A stretch of 64,000 bases of DNA from Spirochaetia bacterium (lineage in GTDB: Bacteria > Spirochaetota > Spirochaetia > SZUA-6 > Bin103), in NCBI GenBank assembly GCA_965198005.1, contig CBDAOI010000004.1, forward strand, positions 992,001 to 1,056,000. Reading direction: 5' to 3'. The position numbers were made by a program, and so were the translations under genes. Positions within the stretch are counted from its first letter, which is position 1, and each line of letters opens with the position of its first letter. The notes beneath the pieces were generated by a model. It saw only the letters and a program-made list of their open reading frames with translations. It was not told the DNA's origin and did no database searches. Below, piece by piece: positions 1 through 11,320 of this stretch.

Positions 1-3000
1 GACGTCCATCTCGTGGATGCTGGTGCCGGTGCTGAACAGGCCCAGGAAGCCACCGCTTTCGGTGTCGAGTTGGTATTCGTCGTGCTGGAAGTCCTGGACC
101 GACTCGATGGTGGTATCGCCCAAGGCGAACAGGGTGGCGTCGGCGCCGGCGGTCAATTCGCCTCCCTGGATGGTGAGGTCCCCGCCGGCGAGCATGGTCA
201 GATCGCCGCCGGCGTCGAGGGTCGCCAATTGGTTGATCAGGGCGCTGCTGTGCTCGAACCCGCCGTCGAACTCGAAGTCGTGCTCGTTGGCAAGCTGCAG
301 TGCCAGGATGGAGATGTCGTCGCCGGCCAGCAGCGTCATCTCCTCGCCCGATTCGAAAACCCCGCCGATTGATTGAATGAAGCCGGCCGCGTCCAGGTGC
401 AGGCTGCCGCCCGCGGTGATCTGCGCCACCTGCAGCATCTGGTCCGCGAACCCGCCGGCGAATTCGATGCGCTCCGACAAGGTCTCGTTGAGGATCGCTC
501 CCGCCTGGATACCGACGTCGCCGCCGCCGAAAACGATGCCCGACTGGTTGGCGAACAGTCCGCCGGCGTCAATGCCGATGTCACCCCCGGAGAGCAGGCT
601 GCCGCCGATGTTGAGCAGGTCGCCGGCGGTGCTGATGGCGAGCGCGTCGGTGCCGGCGATGAGGCCGGAGTTGATGACGTGGGCGGCGTTGATGATGGTG
701 GTGCTGCCGGTGATGCTGGCGCTGCCGAGGTCGAGGCTGTCGAGGGTGGAGGAGGCCAGGTACAGGCGCGGCACCAGCACCTCCTGGCCGCCGACGGTGT
801 GGCGCTCCAACCAGATGATGTTGCCGGACAGTGCGGCGATCTGGCTGGGGCTCAGGGCCACGCCGATGGTGAGCGCGAGGCTGCGGTAGGCATCGACGGC
901 GTTGTCGTACAGCGCCTGCATCAGACTGCGGTAGTCCTGCGCGCCGCCGACGTAGCGCCGGCCGGTGAGGTCGAAGATCTGGTCCTGGATCAGCCGCGTC
1001 TCGACGTAGGAGTCGCCCAGCCGTTTGAGAATCTGGTCGGCGTGCAGCAGGCCGACCCGTTCGAGAAAGTAGTCTGATCCGAGGTACTGGTCGCGTTTGA
1101 TGAACTCGGGACGCGTTTCGATGAGGTAGGGAACGTCGGGCGCCAGCTCCTGCACGAACAGCGACGTGCGCCGCAGCAGCGAGTCGATGCTCATCCGGAG
1201 CGAGGTCAGGGGGACCGCGCTGTACGGGATCGGGGTTGCGGGAACATCGGCCTCGGCCAGCACCTGGGTCTCGAGGATCTCGACAATGGTCTCAACGAGC
1301 GCCTCCGGATCGCGTTCGCCATCTGCGCGGGCAGTCTCAAGGGCGTCCGTGATCGCTGCGGACAGCTCGTCCGATGGCGCCGTGATACCGATCTCGCCGA
1401 GCACGGTATTCACCAAGGCTGCAAGGAGAGCGGCTTCCGCAGTGGAGTCGGCGAGCTCGCCGGCGGACAGATCCAGGTGGCCGAGCAGAGTATTCACGAG
1501 GGCTGCAAGAAGACCGTCCTGCGACGTGAAGTCGACGGCCTCGTCATCCGCGAGATCCAGGTCGCCGAGTATGTTTTCCACCAGGGCCGCAAGAAGACCG
1601 TCCTGCGACGCGAGGTCGACGGCCTCGTCATCCGCGAGATTCAGGTCGCCGAGTATGTTTTCCACCAAAGCCGCAAGTAGCGCGTCTTGCGACGTGAGGT
1701 CGGCGGCCTCGCCGTCGGAAAAATCCACGTTCCCGAGCAGGGCACTCACCACGGCTGCAACCAGAGCGCTTTCCACGGAGAGTTCGACAGGACCTCCGTC
1801 GGGCACGTCTACTTCGCCAAGAACGGCATCGACAACGGCCGCAACGAGGGCACGCACGCGCTCGCGGTCGGCAGACGTGGCGGCTGCGAGCGGCCGGTCC
1901 ACGGCGGCCACCGGAAGCCGTCGGTTCCCGGCGGCGGGGGCGCTCAGGCCGGAGACGCGGTTGCGGATGGCTTCGTCTTTGAATTCCCCGTCGTAGCCTG
2001 GTATATCGTCCGCGTTCTGGAGAGACCCTCGCACGTAGATTCGAAGGGTTCCCCCGGCGTGGATCGTGCCGAACAGCTTGTTTGTCTTGGTTGCATCTTC
2101 AAGGGCAGTAGTGACAGTGACGGTTTCCTCGGGATCCGTGGTGGTCCCGATGTAGTACGGTCTAACGCTACAGTGATTCGAGCCGCAATGCCATTCTTCA
2201 TGCACCGTTTGCGTCGTGGTCACGACGGTTTGCTTGAGATCAAGCCCGACGTTCGTGACCGAATTCGCGTGTATCGTGATACTGCTGTTGGCTGCGATGT
2301 GGCTGTAGTTGTTGCTGAGTGTTCCCGTTTGGATCACGATACTGCTGCCGGCAAGCAGCTCCGCCTGCTCGCTGTCCTTGACGACCTCGTCGGTGGTCGT
2401 GACCGCGGTGGTGGTAATGGTGTCAGTAGTCTCTTCGTGATCGGAGTCGTGGTCTCCCGCGCAATGGGTCCACGGCCATCCGTAGGAGGTGTCTCTACAC
2501 GGGGCCACGACCGTTACCGTGTTCTCCGCGGTCGTGGTCGTGGAATCGACTTCCAGCTCGCGCCGCTGGTTGGTCAGGGAAGCGACCTTGAGCGTCAGGT
2601 TTCCGGAGATGGCCTCGATGCGACCCGAAGTATTGGTCAGCGCGCCGGCGCGCGTGCGGGTCAGCCCCTCGATGGTGAGGTTGGTCTCGGCCAGGACGTC
2701 GGCTTCGGTGTTGGTGAAGGAGCCGTTCAGGCGATAGTGGGAACTGGTGCCGCTGTACAGCAACCCGGTGTTCGACAGGCTGCCGGTCAACTCGGCAATG
2801 AGCGCGCCGTTGGCCGAGCCTATGCGGTCGCGGTTGGTGAGGCTCGCCGCCTCGATGGTCAGACCTGCCCCGCCATTGATCAGGCTGTTGCGGTACGTCC
2901 TGAGGGCGCTCATGCGCTCTCCGGTGTGCCCCTCGAGGGTCATCTGACCCTCCGAGATGATCGATCCGGTGCCGGCGTTCGTCAGATTGCCGTCGAGCCT

Positions 3001-6000
3001 GATGTCGAGGTCCGTTTCGGCGCCGAGCTCGCCGGAGTTGGTGACGTTGCCGGGCGTTTCTATCGTCAGGGAGGTGTCGTGGGCGGTCATGGTTCCGGCA
3101 TTGGTCAGGCTCGCGACGCGGTAGGTCCCGGAACCGCTGTTGATCGTACCGCCTTCCTGGTTGGAAAGCGCTCCGCTGTGGGTGTTCGTCGCACCGTCGA
3201 GGGTGAGCGCCCCCTCCACCAGCAGGTCGCCGCTGTTGGTCACGCTGCCGTCCACGTTCAAGTCGGCCGAGGTCAAGCTCAGCAGCATGCCGGAATTGTC
3301 GAGGCCGCCGGGTGTGGTGATGGTGAGCACGCCGCCGGTCTCGACCATGGCGGTAGAGGCCACGGTGTCGATGGTGGTGACGGCCGGGGCGGAGCCGGCG
3401 GTGGTCGTGGTGGTCTCGACAGTCCCGGTCAGCCTGCGGCCGATGCTGGTCAGCGAGGTGGCGCTGATGGTCAGGTCGCCGGTGGCCGCGATCTGACCGT
3501 GGCGGTTGGTGAGAGCGCCAGTGTCGATCACCAAGTTGCCGCCGGCCTGCAGCCGCGCCGGGGCCGGACTGTCGCCGGTGACCTGCTCGGCGGTCGTGAC
3601 CACGCTGGTCGTGGTGTCGCCGTCGGTGGTTTCCTCGCTGCCGGTGACCGTCTCGACCGTCACCGTGAGGCGGTTGTTGCTCACCGCGGCGGTCTTGAGG
3701 GTCAGGTCACCGGTCACGGCGACGATGCGGCCGGAGGTGTTGGTGAGCGCCCCGGCGCGCGCGCCGGTCAGTCCTTCGATGGTGAGGTCGGTCTCGGCCA
3801 CCACCCGGCCGCGGTTGGTGAAGGTGCCGTCGAGCCGGTAGCGGGAGGAAGTGTTGCTGTAGAGGAGGCCGCTGTTGCTCAGATTTTCGGTCAGTTCGAC
3901 CTCGACGAACCCGCCGGCAGAACCGGTGTCGCCGGCGTTGTCCAGGCTGGTCGCCTTGACCGTGAGCCCGGTGCCGGCGTTGAGGATGCTGCCGGCGGTG
4001 GTGGTGAGCGCCCCCAGCCGCGCGCCGTCCCGCCCGCTGAGCGTGATCGCGCCCTCGGCGATCATCCGGCCGCGGTTGGTCAGGTCGCCGTCGACCGTGA
4101 TACCGGTGTCGGTCTTGGCGCTGAGGGTACCGGCGTTGGTGAGGTTGCCGGTGACGTCGATGGTCAGCGAGGAGTCGTGCGCGGTCAGGGTGCCGGCGTT
4201 GCTGAGCCCGGCGACGGTGTAGCTGCCGGTGCCGCTGTTGATGGTGCCGCCCGCCTGGTTGGTCAGCGTGCCGCTGCGCGCGCCGGCCAGGCCTCGCACC
4301 ACCAGCGCCTCCTCGACCAGCAGGTCGCCGCGGTTGACCACGTCGCCGTCGACCTTGAGCGTGGCCGACGTCAGGCTCACCAGGATGCCGGAGTTGGTCA
4401 GCCCGCCGGCGGTGTCGATGGTCAGCGGCCCACCCTGCGCCTGGATGCGGCCTGCGTTGGTGACCGAGGCGGCGGTCACCGCGACCCCGTCCGAGCCGGC
4501 GATGCGGCCGGCGGCGCGGTTGGTGAGGGCGGCGCCGGCGGTGACCGTGGCGGTGCCGCGGGCGCCCAGGGTGCCGCCGTTGTCCAGCGCGCCGGTCAGC
4601 GTGACCCCCAGCGTGCCGCCGGCCCAGATGGTGCTGGTGGCGGTCTCGGTCGTGGCCGTGGTGACGGTGGGGTCGGAGCCGGCGGTTGTCACGGTAGTCT
4701 CGACAGTCTCGGTGAGCGTGCGGCCGATGCTGGTCAAGGAGGTCGCGCTGATGGTCAGGTCGCCGCCGGCCGCGATCTGGGCGTGGCGGTTGGTGAGAGC
4801 GCCGGTGTCGATCACCAGGTCGCTGCCGGCCTGCAGCCGCGCCGGGGCCGGACTGTCGCCGGTGACCTGCTCGGTGGTGGTGACCACGCTGGTGGTGGTG
4901 TCGCCGTCGGTGGTTTCCTCGCTGCCGGTGACCGTCTCGACCGTCACCGTGAGGCGGTTGTTGCTGAGCGCGGCGGTCTTGAGGGTCAGGTCACCGGTCA
5001 CGGCGACGATGCGGCCGGAGGTGTTGGTGAGCGCCCCGGCGCGGGCGCCGGTCAGTCCTTCGATGGTGAGGTCGGTCTCGGCCACCACCCGGCCGCGGTT
5101 GGTGAAGGTGCCGTCGAGCCGGTAGCGGGAGGAGAGTGTTGCTGTAGAGGAAGCCGCTGTTGCTCAGATTTTCGGTCAGCTCGACCGCGACGAAGCCGCC
5201 GGCAGAACCGGTGTCGCCGGCGTTGTCCAGGCTGGTCGCCTTGACCGTGAGCCCGGTGCCGGCGTTGAGGATGCTGCCGGCGGTGGTGGTGAGCGCCCCC
5301 AGCCGCGCGCCGTCCCGCCCGCTGAGCGTGATCGCGCCTTCGGCGATCATCCGGCCGCGGTTGGTCAGGTCGCCGTCCAGTGAGACCGTCAACGTCGGTC
5401 TTGGCGCTGAGGGTGCCGGCGTTGGTGAGGTTGCCGGTGACGTCGATGGTCAGGGTGGAGTCGTGGGCGGTCAGGGTGCCGGCGTTGCTGAGCCCGGCGA
5501 CGGTGTAGCTGCCGGTGCCGCTGTTGATGGTGCCGCCCGCCTGATTGGTCAGCGTGCCGCTGCGCGCGCCGGCCAGGCCCCGCAGCACCAGCGCCTCCTC
5601 GACCAGCAGGTCGCCGCGGGTTGACCACGTCGCCGTCGACCTTGAGCGTGGCCGAGGTCAGGCTCACCAGGATGCCGGAGTTGGTCAGCCCGCCGGCCGT
5701 GTCGATGGTCAGCGGCCCGGCCCTGCGCCTGGATGCGGCCGTCGTTGGTGACCGAGGCGGCGGTCACCGCGACCCCGGCCGAGCCGGCGATGCGGCCGGC
5801 GGCGCGGTTGGTGAGGGCGGCGCCGGCGGTGACCGTGGCCGTGCCGCGCGCGCCCAGGGTGCCGCTGTTGTCCAGCGCGCCGGTCAGCGTAACCCCCAGC
5901 GTGCCGCCGGCCCAGATGGTGCTGGTGGCGGTCTCGGTCGTGGCCGTGGTGACGGTGGGGTCTGCGCCGTCGGTGGTGGTGGTGGTCTCGACCGTCTCGG

Positions 6001-9000
6001 TGAGCGTGCGGCCGATGCTGGTCAGCGAGGTGGCGCTGATGGTGAGGTCGCCGCCGGCCACGATCTGGGCGTGGCGGTTGGTGAGCGCGCCGGTGTCGAT
6101 CACCAGGTTGCCGCCGGCCTGCAGCCGCGCCGGGGCCGGACTGTCGCCGGTGACCTGCTCGGCGGTGGTGACCACGCTGGTGGTGGTGTCGCCGTCGGTG
6201 GTTTGCTCGGTGGTGGTGGCGGTCTCGACGGTGACGGTGGGACGGTCGTTGGTCACTGACGCGGTCTTGAGGGTCAGGTCACCGGTCACCGCGACGATGC
6301 GGCCGGAGGTGTTGGTGAGCGCGCCGGCGCGCGCGCCGGTCAGTCCTTCGATGGTGAGGTCGGTCTCGGCCACCACCCGGCCGCGGTTGGTGAAGGTGCC
6401 GTCGAGCCGGTAGTGGGAGGAGGTGTTGCTGTAGAGGAAGCCGCTGTTGGTCAGATTTTCGGTCAGCTCGACCGCGACGAAGCCGCCGGCAGAACCGGTG
6501 TCGCCGGCGTTGTCCAGGCTGGTCGCCTTGACCGTGAGCCCGGTGCCGGCGTTGAGGGTGCTGCCGGCGGTGGTGGTGAGCGCCCCAGGCGCGCGCCGTC
6601 CCGCCCGCTGAGCGTGATCGCGCCCTCGGCGATCATCCGGCCGCGGTTGGTCAGGTCGCCGTCGACCGTGATACCGGTGTCGGTCTTGGAACTGAGGGTG
6701 CCGGCGTTGGTGAGGTTGCCGGTGACGTCGATGGTCAGGGTGGAGTCGTGGGCGGTCAGGGTGCCGGCGTTGCTGAGCCCGGCGACGGTGTAGCTGCCGG
6801 TGCCGCTGTTGATGGTACCGCCCGCCTGATTGGTCAGCGTGCCGCTGCGCGCGCCGGCCAGGCCCCGCAGCACCAGCGCCTCTTCGACCAGCAGGTCGCC
6901 GCGGTTGACCACGTCGCCGTCGACCTTGAGCGTGGCCGAGGTCAGGCTCACCAGGATGCCGGAGTTGGTCAGCCCGCCGGCCGTGTCGATGGTCAGCGGC
7001 CCACCCTGCGCCTGGATGCGGCCGGTCGTTGGTGACCGAGGCGGCGGTCACCGCGACCCCGGCCGAGCCGGCGATGCGGCCGGCGGCGCGGTTGGTGAGG
7101 GCGGCGCCGGCGGTGACCGTGGCGGTGCCGCGCGCGCCCAGGGTGCCGCTGTTGTCCAGCGCGCCGGTCAGCGTGACCCCCAGCGTGCCGCCGGCCCAGA
7201 TGGTGCTGGTGGCGGTCTCGGTCGTGGCCGTGGTGACGGTGGGGTCTGCGCCGTCGGTGGTGGTGGTCTCGACCGTCTCGGTGAGCGTGCGGCCGATGCT
7301 GGTCAGCGACGTGGCGCCGATGGTGAGGTCGCCGCCGGCCGCGATCTGGGCGTGGCGGTTGGTGAGAACGCCGGTGTCGATCACCAGGTTGCCGCCGGCC
7401 TGCAGCCGCGCCGGGGCCGGACTGTCGCCGGTGACCTGCTCGGCGTTGGTGACCACCGTGGTGGTGGTGTCGCCGTCGGTGGTTTGCTCGCTGCCGGTGA
7501 CCGTCTCGACCGTGACCGTGAGGACGGTCGTTGCTGAGCTGACGGCGGTCTTGAGGGTCAGGTCACCGGTCACCGCGACGATGCGGCCGGAGGTGTTGGT
7601 GAGCGCCCCGGCGCGCGCGCCGGTCAGTCCTTCGATGGTGAGGTCGGTCTCGGCGATCACCCGGCCGCTGTTGGTGAAGGTGCCGTCGAGCCGGTAGCGG
7701 GAGGAAGTGTTGCTGTAGAGGAAGCCGCTGTTGGTCAGATTCCCGGTCAGCTCGACCGCGACGAACCCGCCGGCAGAACCGGTGTCGCCGGCGTTGTCCA
7801 GGCTGGTCGCCTTGACCGTGAGCCCGGTGCCGGCGTTGAGGGTGCTGCCGGCGGTGGTGGTGAGCGCCCCCAGGCGCGCGCCGTCCCGCCCGCTGAGCGT
7901 GATCGCGCCTTCGGCGATCATCCGGCCGCGGTTGGTCAGGTCGCCGTCCAGTGAGACTGGTCAACATCGGCTCTTGGAACTGAGGGTGCCGGCGTTGGCG
8001 AGGTTGCCGGCGACGTCGATGGTCAGGGTGGAGTCGTGGGCGGTCAGGACGCCGGCGTTGCTGAGCCCGGCGACGGTGTAGCTGCCGGTGCCGCTGTTGA
8101 TGGTGCCGCCCGCCTGGTTGGTCAGCGTGCCGCTGCGCGCGCCGGCCAGGCCCCGCAGCACCAGTGCCTCTTCGACCAGCAGGTCGCCGCGGTTGACCAC
8201 GTCGCCGTCGACCTTGAGCGTGGCCGAGGTCAGGCTCACCAGGGTGCCGGAGTTGGTCAGCCCGCCGGCGGTGTCGATGGTCAGCGGCCCGCCCTGGGCC
8301 TGGATGCGGCCGGCGTTGGTGACCGAAGGCGGCGGTCACTGCGACCCCGGCCGAGCCGGCGATGCGGCCGGCGGCGCGGTTGGTGAGGGCGGCGCCGGCG
8401 GTGACCGTGGCGGCGCCGCGGGCGCCCAGGGTGCCGCTGTTGTCCAGCGCGCCGGTCAGGGTGACCCCCAGCGTGCCGCCGGCCCAGATGGTGCTGGTGG
8501 CGGTCGCGGTCGTGGCCGTGGTGACGGTGGGGTCTGCGCCGGCCGTGGTGGTGGTGGTCTCGACCGTCTCGGTGAGCGTGCGGCCGATGTTGGTCAAGCG
8601 AGGTCGCGCTGATGGTCAGGTCGCCGCCGGCCGCGATCTGAGCGTGGCGGTTGGTGAGAACGCCGGTGTCGATCACCAGGTCGCCGCCGGCCTGCAGCCG
8701 CGCCGGGGCCGGACTGTCGCCGGTGACCTGCTCCGCGTTCGTGACCACCGTGGTGGTGGTGTCACCCTCGGTGGTCTGCTCGCTGCCGGTGACTCGGTCT
8801 CGACGGTTACCGTGAGGACGGTCGTTGCTGAGCTGACGGCGGTCTTGAGGGTCAGGTCACCCGTCACGGCGACGATGCGGCCGGAGGCGTTGGTGAGCGC
8901 GCCGGCGCGCGCGCCGGTCAGTCCTTCGATGGTGAGGTCGGTCTCGGCGATCACCCGGCCGCTGTTGGTGAAGGTGCCGTCGAGCCGGTAGCGGGAGGAG

Positions 9001-11297
9001 GTGTTGCTGTAGAGGAAGCCGCTGTTGGTCAGATTCCCGGTCAGCTCGACCGCGACGAAGCCGCCGGCAGAACCGGTGTCGCCGGCGTTGTCCAGGCTGG
9101 TCGCCTTGACCGTGAGCCCGGTACCGGCGTTGAGGGTGCTGCCGGCCTCCGTGGTGAGTGCTCCCAGCCGGCCACCGTCCCGCCCGCTGAGCGTGATCGC
9201 GCCTTCGGCGATCATCCGGCCGCGGTTGGTGAGGTCGCCGTCCAGTGAGACGTCAACGTCGGTCTTGGCGCTGAGGGTGCCGGCGTTGGTGAGGTTGCCG
9301 GTGACGTCGATGGTCAGGGTGGAATCGTGGGCGGTCAGGGTGCCGGCGTTGCTGAGCCCGGCGACGGTGTAGGTGCCGGTGCCGCTGTTGATGGTGCCGC
9401 CCGCCTGGTTGGTCAGGGTGCCGCTGCGCGCGCCGGCCAAGCCCCGCAGCACGAGCGCCTCCTCGACCAGCAGGTCGCCGCTGTTGACCACGTCGCCGTC
9501 GACCTTGAGCGTGGCCGAGGTCAGGCTCACCAGGGTGCCGCGGTTGGTCAGCCCGCCGGCCGTGTCGATGGTCAGCACTCCGCCCTGCGCAGCGATCCGG
9601 CCGTCGTTGGTGACCGAGCCAGCGGTCACCGCGATACCGTCGTCGGCGATGATCCGGGCGCCCTCCTGATTGGTCAGAGCGGCTCCGGCGGTAACCGTTA
9701 CCTTGCCCTGCGACAGAATCTGGCCGCTGTTGCTCAACCCGGTCGCCGCACTGACGGTAACCCCACCGTCCCCGGACATCCGGCCCGAGTTCGTTACCGC
9801 ACCTGTCCGGCTCTGCACCGTCAGACCGGTCACGGCGAGCAGGTCGGCGCTGGTGGTGATGCCCTCCGCCTCGACCTGCACCGTGCTGCCGGACGTATAG
9901 CGTCCCCCGGTAAGGGTCAGGGCGCCGTTTCCCAGGATCCGCAATCCGTTACGGGCCGTGACGCGGCCATTCGTGGCCGTGACCTGCTCGGTGTCGAGCA
10001 CCATGCTGCCGAGTGAGAGCAGGGCGCTCACTTCAGTGTCGGTCGCGCGCGCCAGGTCGATGGTGTCCGCAGTCACCTCCAGAGTCTCTCCGGCCACCAG
10101 CCGCCCGAGACCTGCCACCAGCTTCGAGGCGACAACCGCCAGCACCCCGGTAGCGCTTTGCACCCCTTCGGCGTCCACGCCCGTCGCGGCCAGCGCACCG
10201 TTGCCCAGGTTCACCGTCCCACCGGTCAGACGGACGTCGCCGGCGGCGGTGACCGTGGCGCCGTCCTGCAGATCGACCGAAGTGGCTCCGGTCAGCACCG
10301 CGTCGGTGCCCGCATACAGGGTTCCGGTCACCTGCACGGCATCGCTGTTCGAAGTCGCCTCGATGGTCCCGGCCGCTTGCGCGACAGCCAGCGTCAGACG
10401 GCCGTCGGCGGTCAGCGTCATCCCTTCGGCGCGGGCGGACATCGGCCCCAGCATCCGCACCCCCGCCCCCGCGTCGGTCGCCAGCAACGTGATCTTGCGC
10501 GCGTACATGCCGCCCAACAGCGACGAGTCAATCGCCAGTCCCGGCTCGGAATTGCCGCCTGGCAACGCCGTAACCAGCCCGCTCCGGTACCCGTAGCTGG
10601 TACGTCCCGCGACCAGGTTCAGGTCGCCCCCCGACCGCACGACACCCTCCACCTTGATCCGGCCGGCGATCAGGTCGAACACGTCGGCGGCTTCCAGGTC
10701 AGCGCCGCGCGCGCCGATGCCGAGGTCTCCGCCGGTCACCCGCAGGTTGGCCAGCGCCCCGTCCTCGCCCAGCTCCGGGATACCACTGGCCAGGGTCACC
10801 CGCGGCGTGTTGATAAAGCCGCAGCCGTTGCAGGTGATCCCGTTGGGATTGGCCAGCACCACGTCGGCCGCCGCTCCGTGCACCTCGAGGACACCCGCCA
10901 ACAAGGAGCGTTGGACGCCGGTTATCTCGTTGAGGATCAGAGTGGCGGCGGCCGAGTTCGCCAGATTGGCGTTGCCCTGCACCAGACCTCCCAGCCGCGA
11001 CTGCGAGAGTTCCTGCTTGGCGTTATTGAGGATGGCGCCGCGCTCTGCGACGTCGAACAAGCTGTACTTGTTGTGGGATACGCCCGCCGCGTTCGGGGTC
11101 ACGATATTGACCTGCGGCACGCCGTTCCCGGCCGCGTCGACCTGCGGCCGATTGGCCGCCGCGGCGGCGCTGTCCGCCTCGATCTCGGCGCCCTGCGCCA
11201 GCAGCGGCTGCATCAGGAGCAGCCAGCTCACCACCCCGGCGGTCACCTGTCGTGCCCAGCTCCCGAGGCCGTTCCATCTGTGGCTATCCGTACGCAC
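1..11297 (-). CDS. Giant filamentous haemagglutinin/CdiA-like TpsA exoprotein; 3' end outside the window; several apparent frameshifts inside the repeat region
   Basis: Signal-like N-terminus, then TPS domain motifs (TPNAAGVSHNKY, LANPNGITCNGCGFINT) and FHA beta-helix repeats. Manual translation of 1-2500 on the minus strand gives YLIETRPEF..YLGSDYFL, RLGDSYVETRLIQDQI and EVLVPRLYLA followed by FHA-2-like repeats. The GTG start at 11297 is inferred. Confidence 0.9.
1385..1860 (-). repeat. Six ~84-bp (28-aa) coding repeats, consensus LLAALVENILGDLDLADDEAVDLTSQDG
   Basis: Direct translation of the minus strand; near-identical DNA units around 1500-1680. Confidence 0.9.
3190..9640 (-). repeat. 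About five tandem ~1.29-kb (~428-aa) modules within the TpsA gene
   Basis: Marker gtcgagccggtag ends at 3841, 5125, 6413, 7697 and 8991 (spacings 1284, 1288, 1284, 1294). Outer boundaries are approximate. Confidence 0.95.
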
Positions 11298-11320
11298 CGG
11301 GGTCCCCGAACGACGCGCGG

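Noticed and set aside
1385-9640. Repeats as a CRISPR or non-coding array
   Set aside because: Units are coding repeats without unique spacers, and no cas genes are present.
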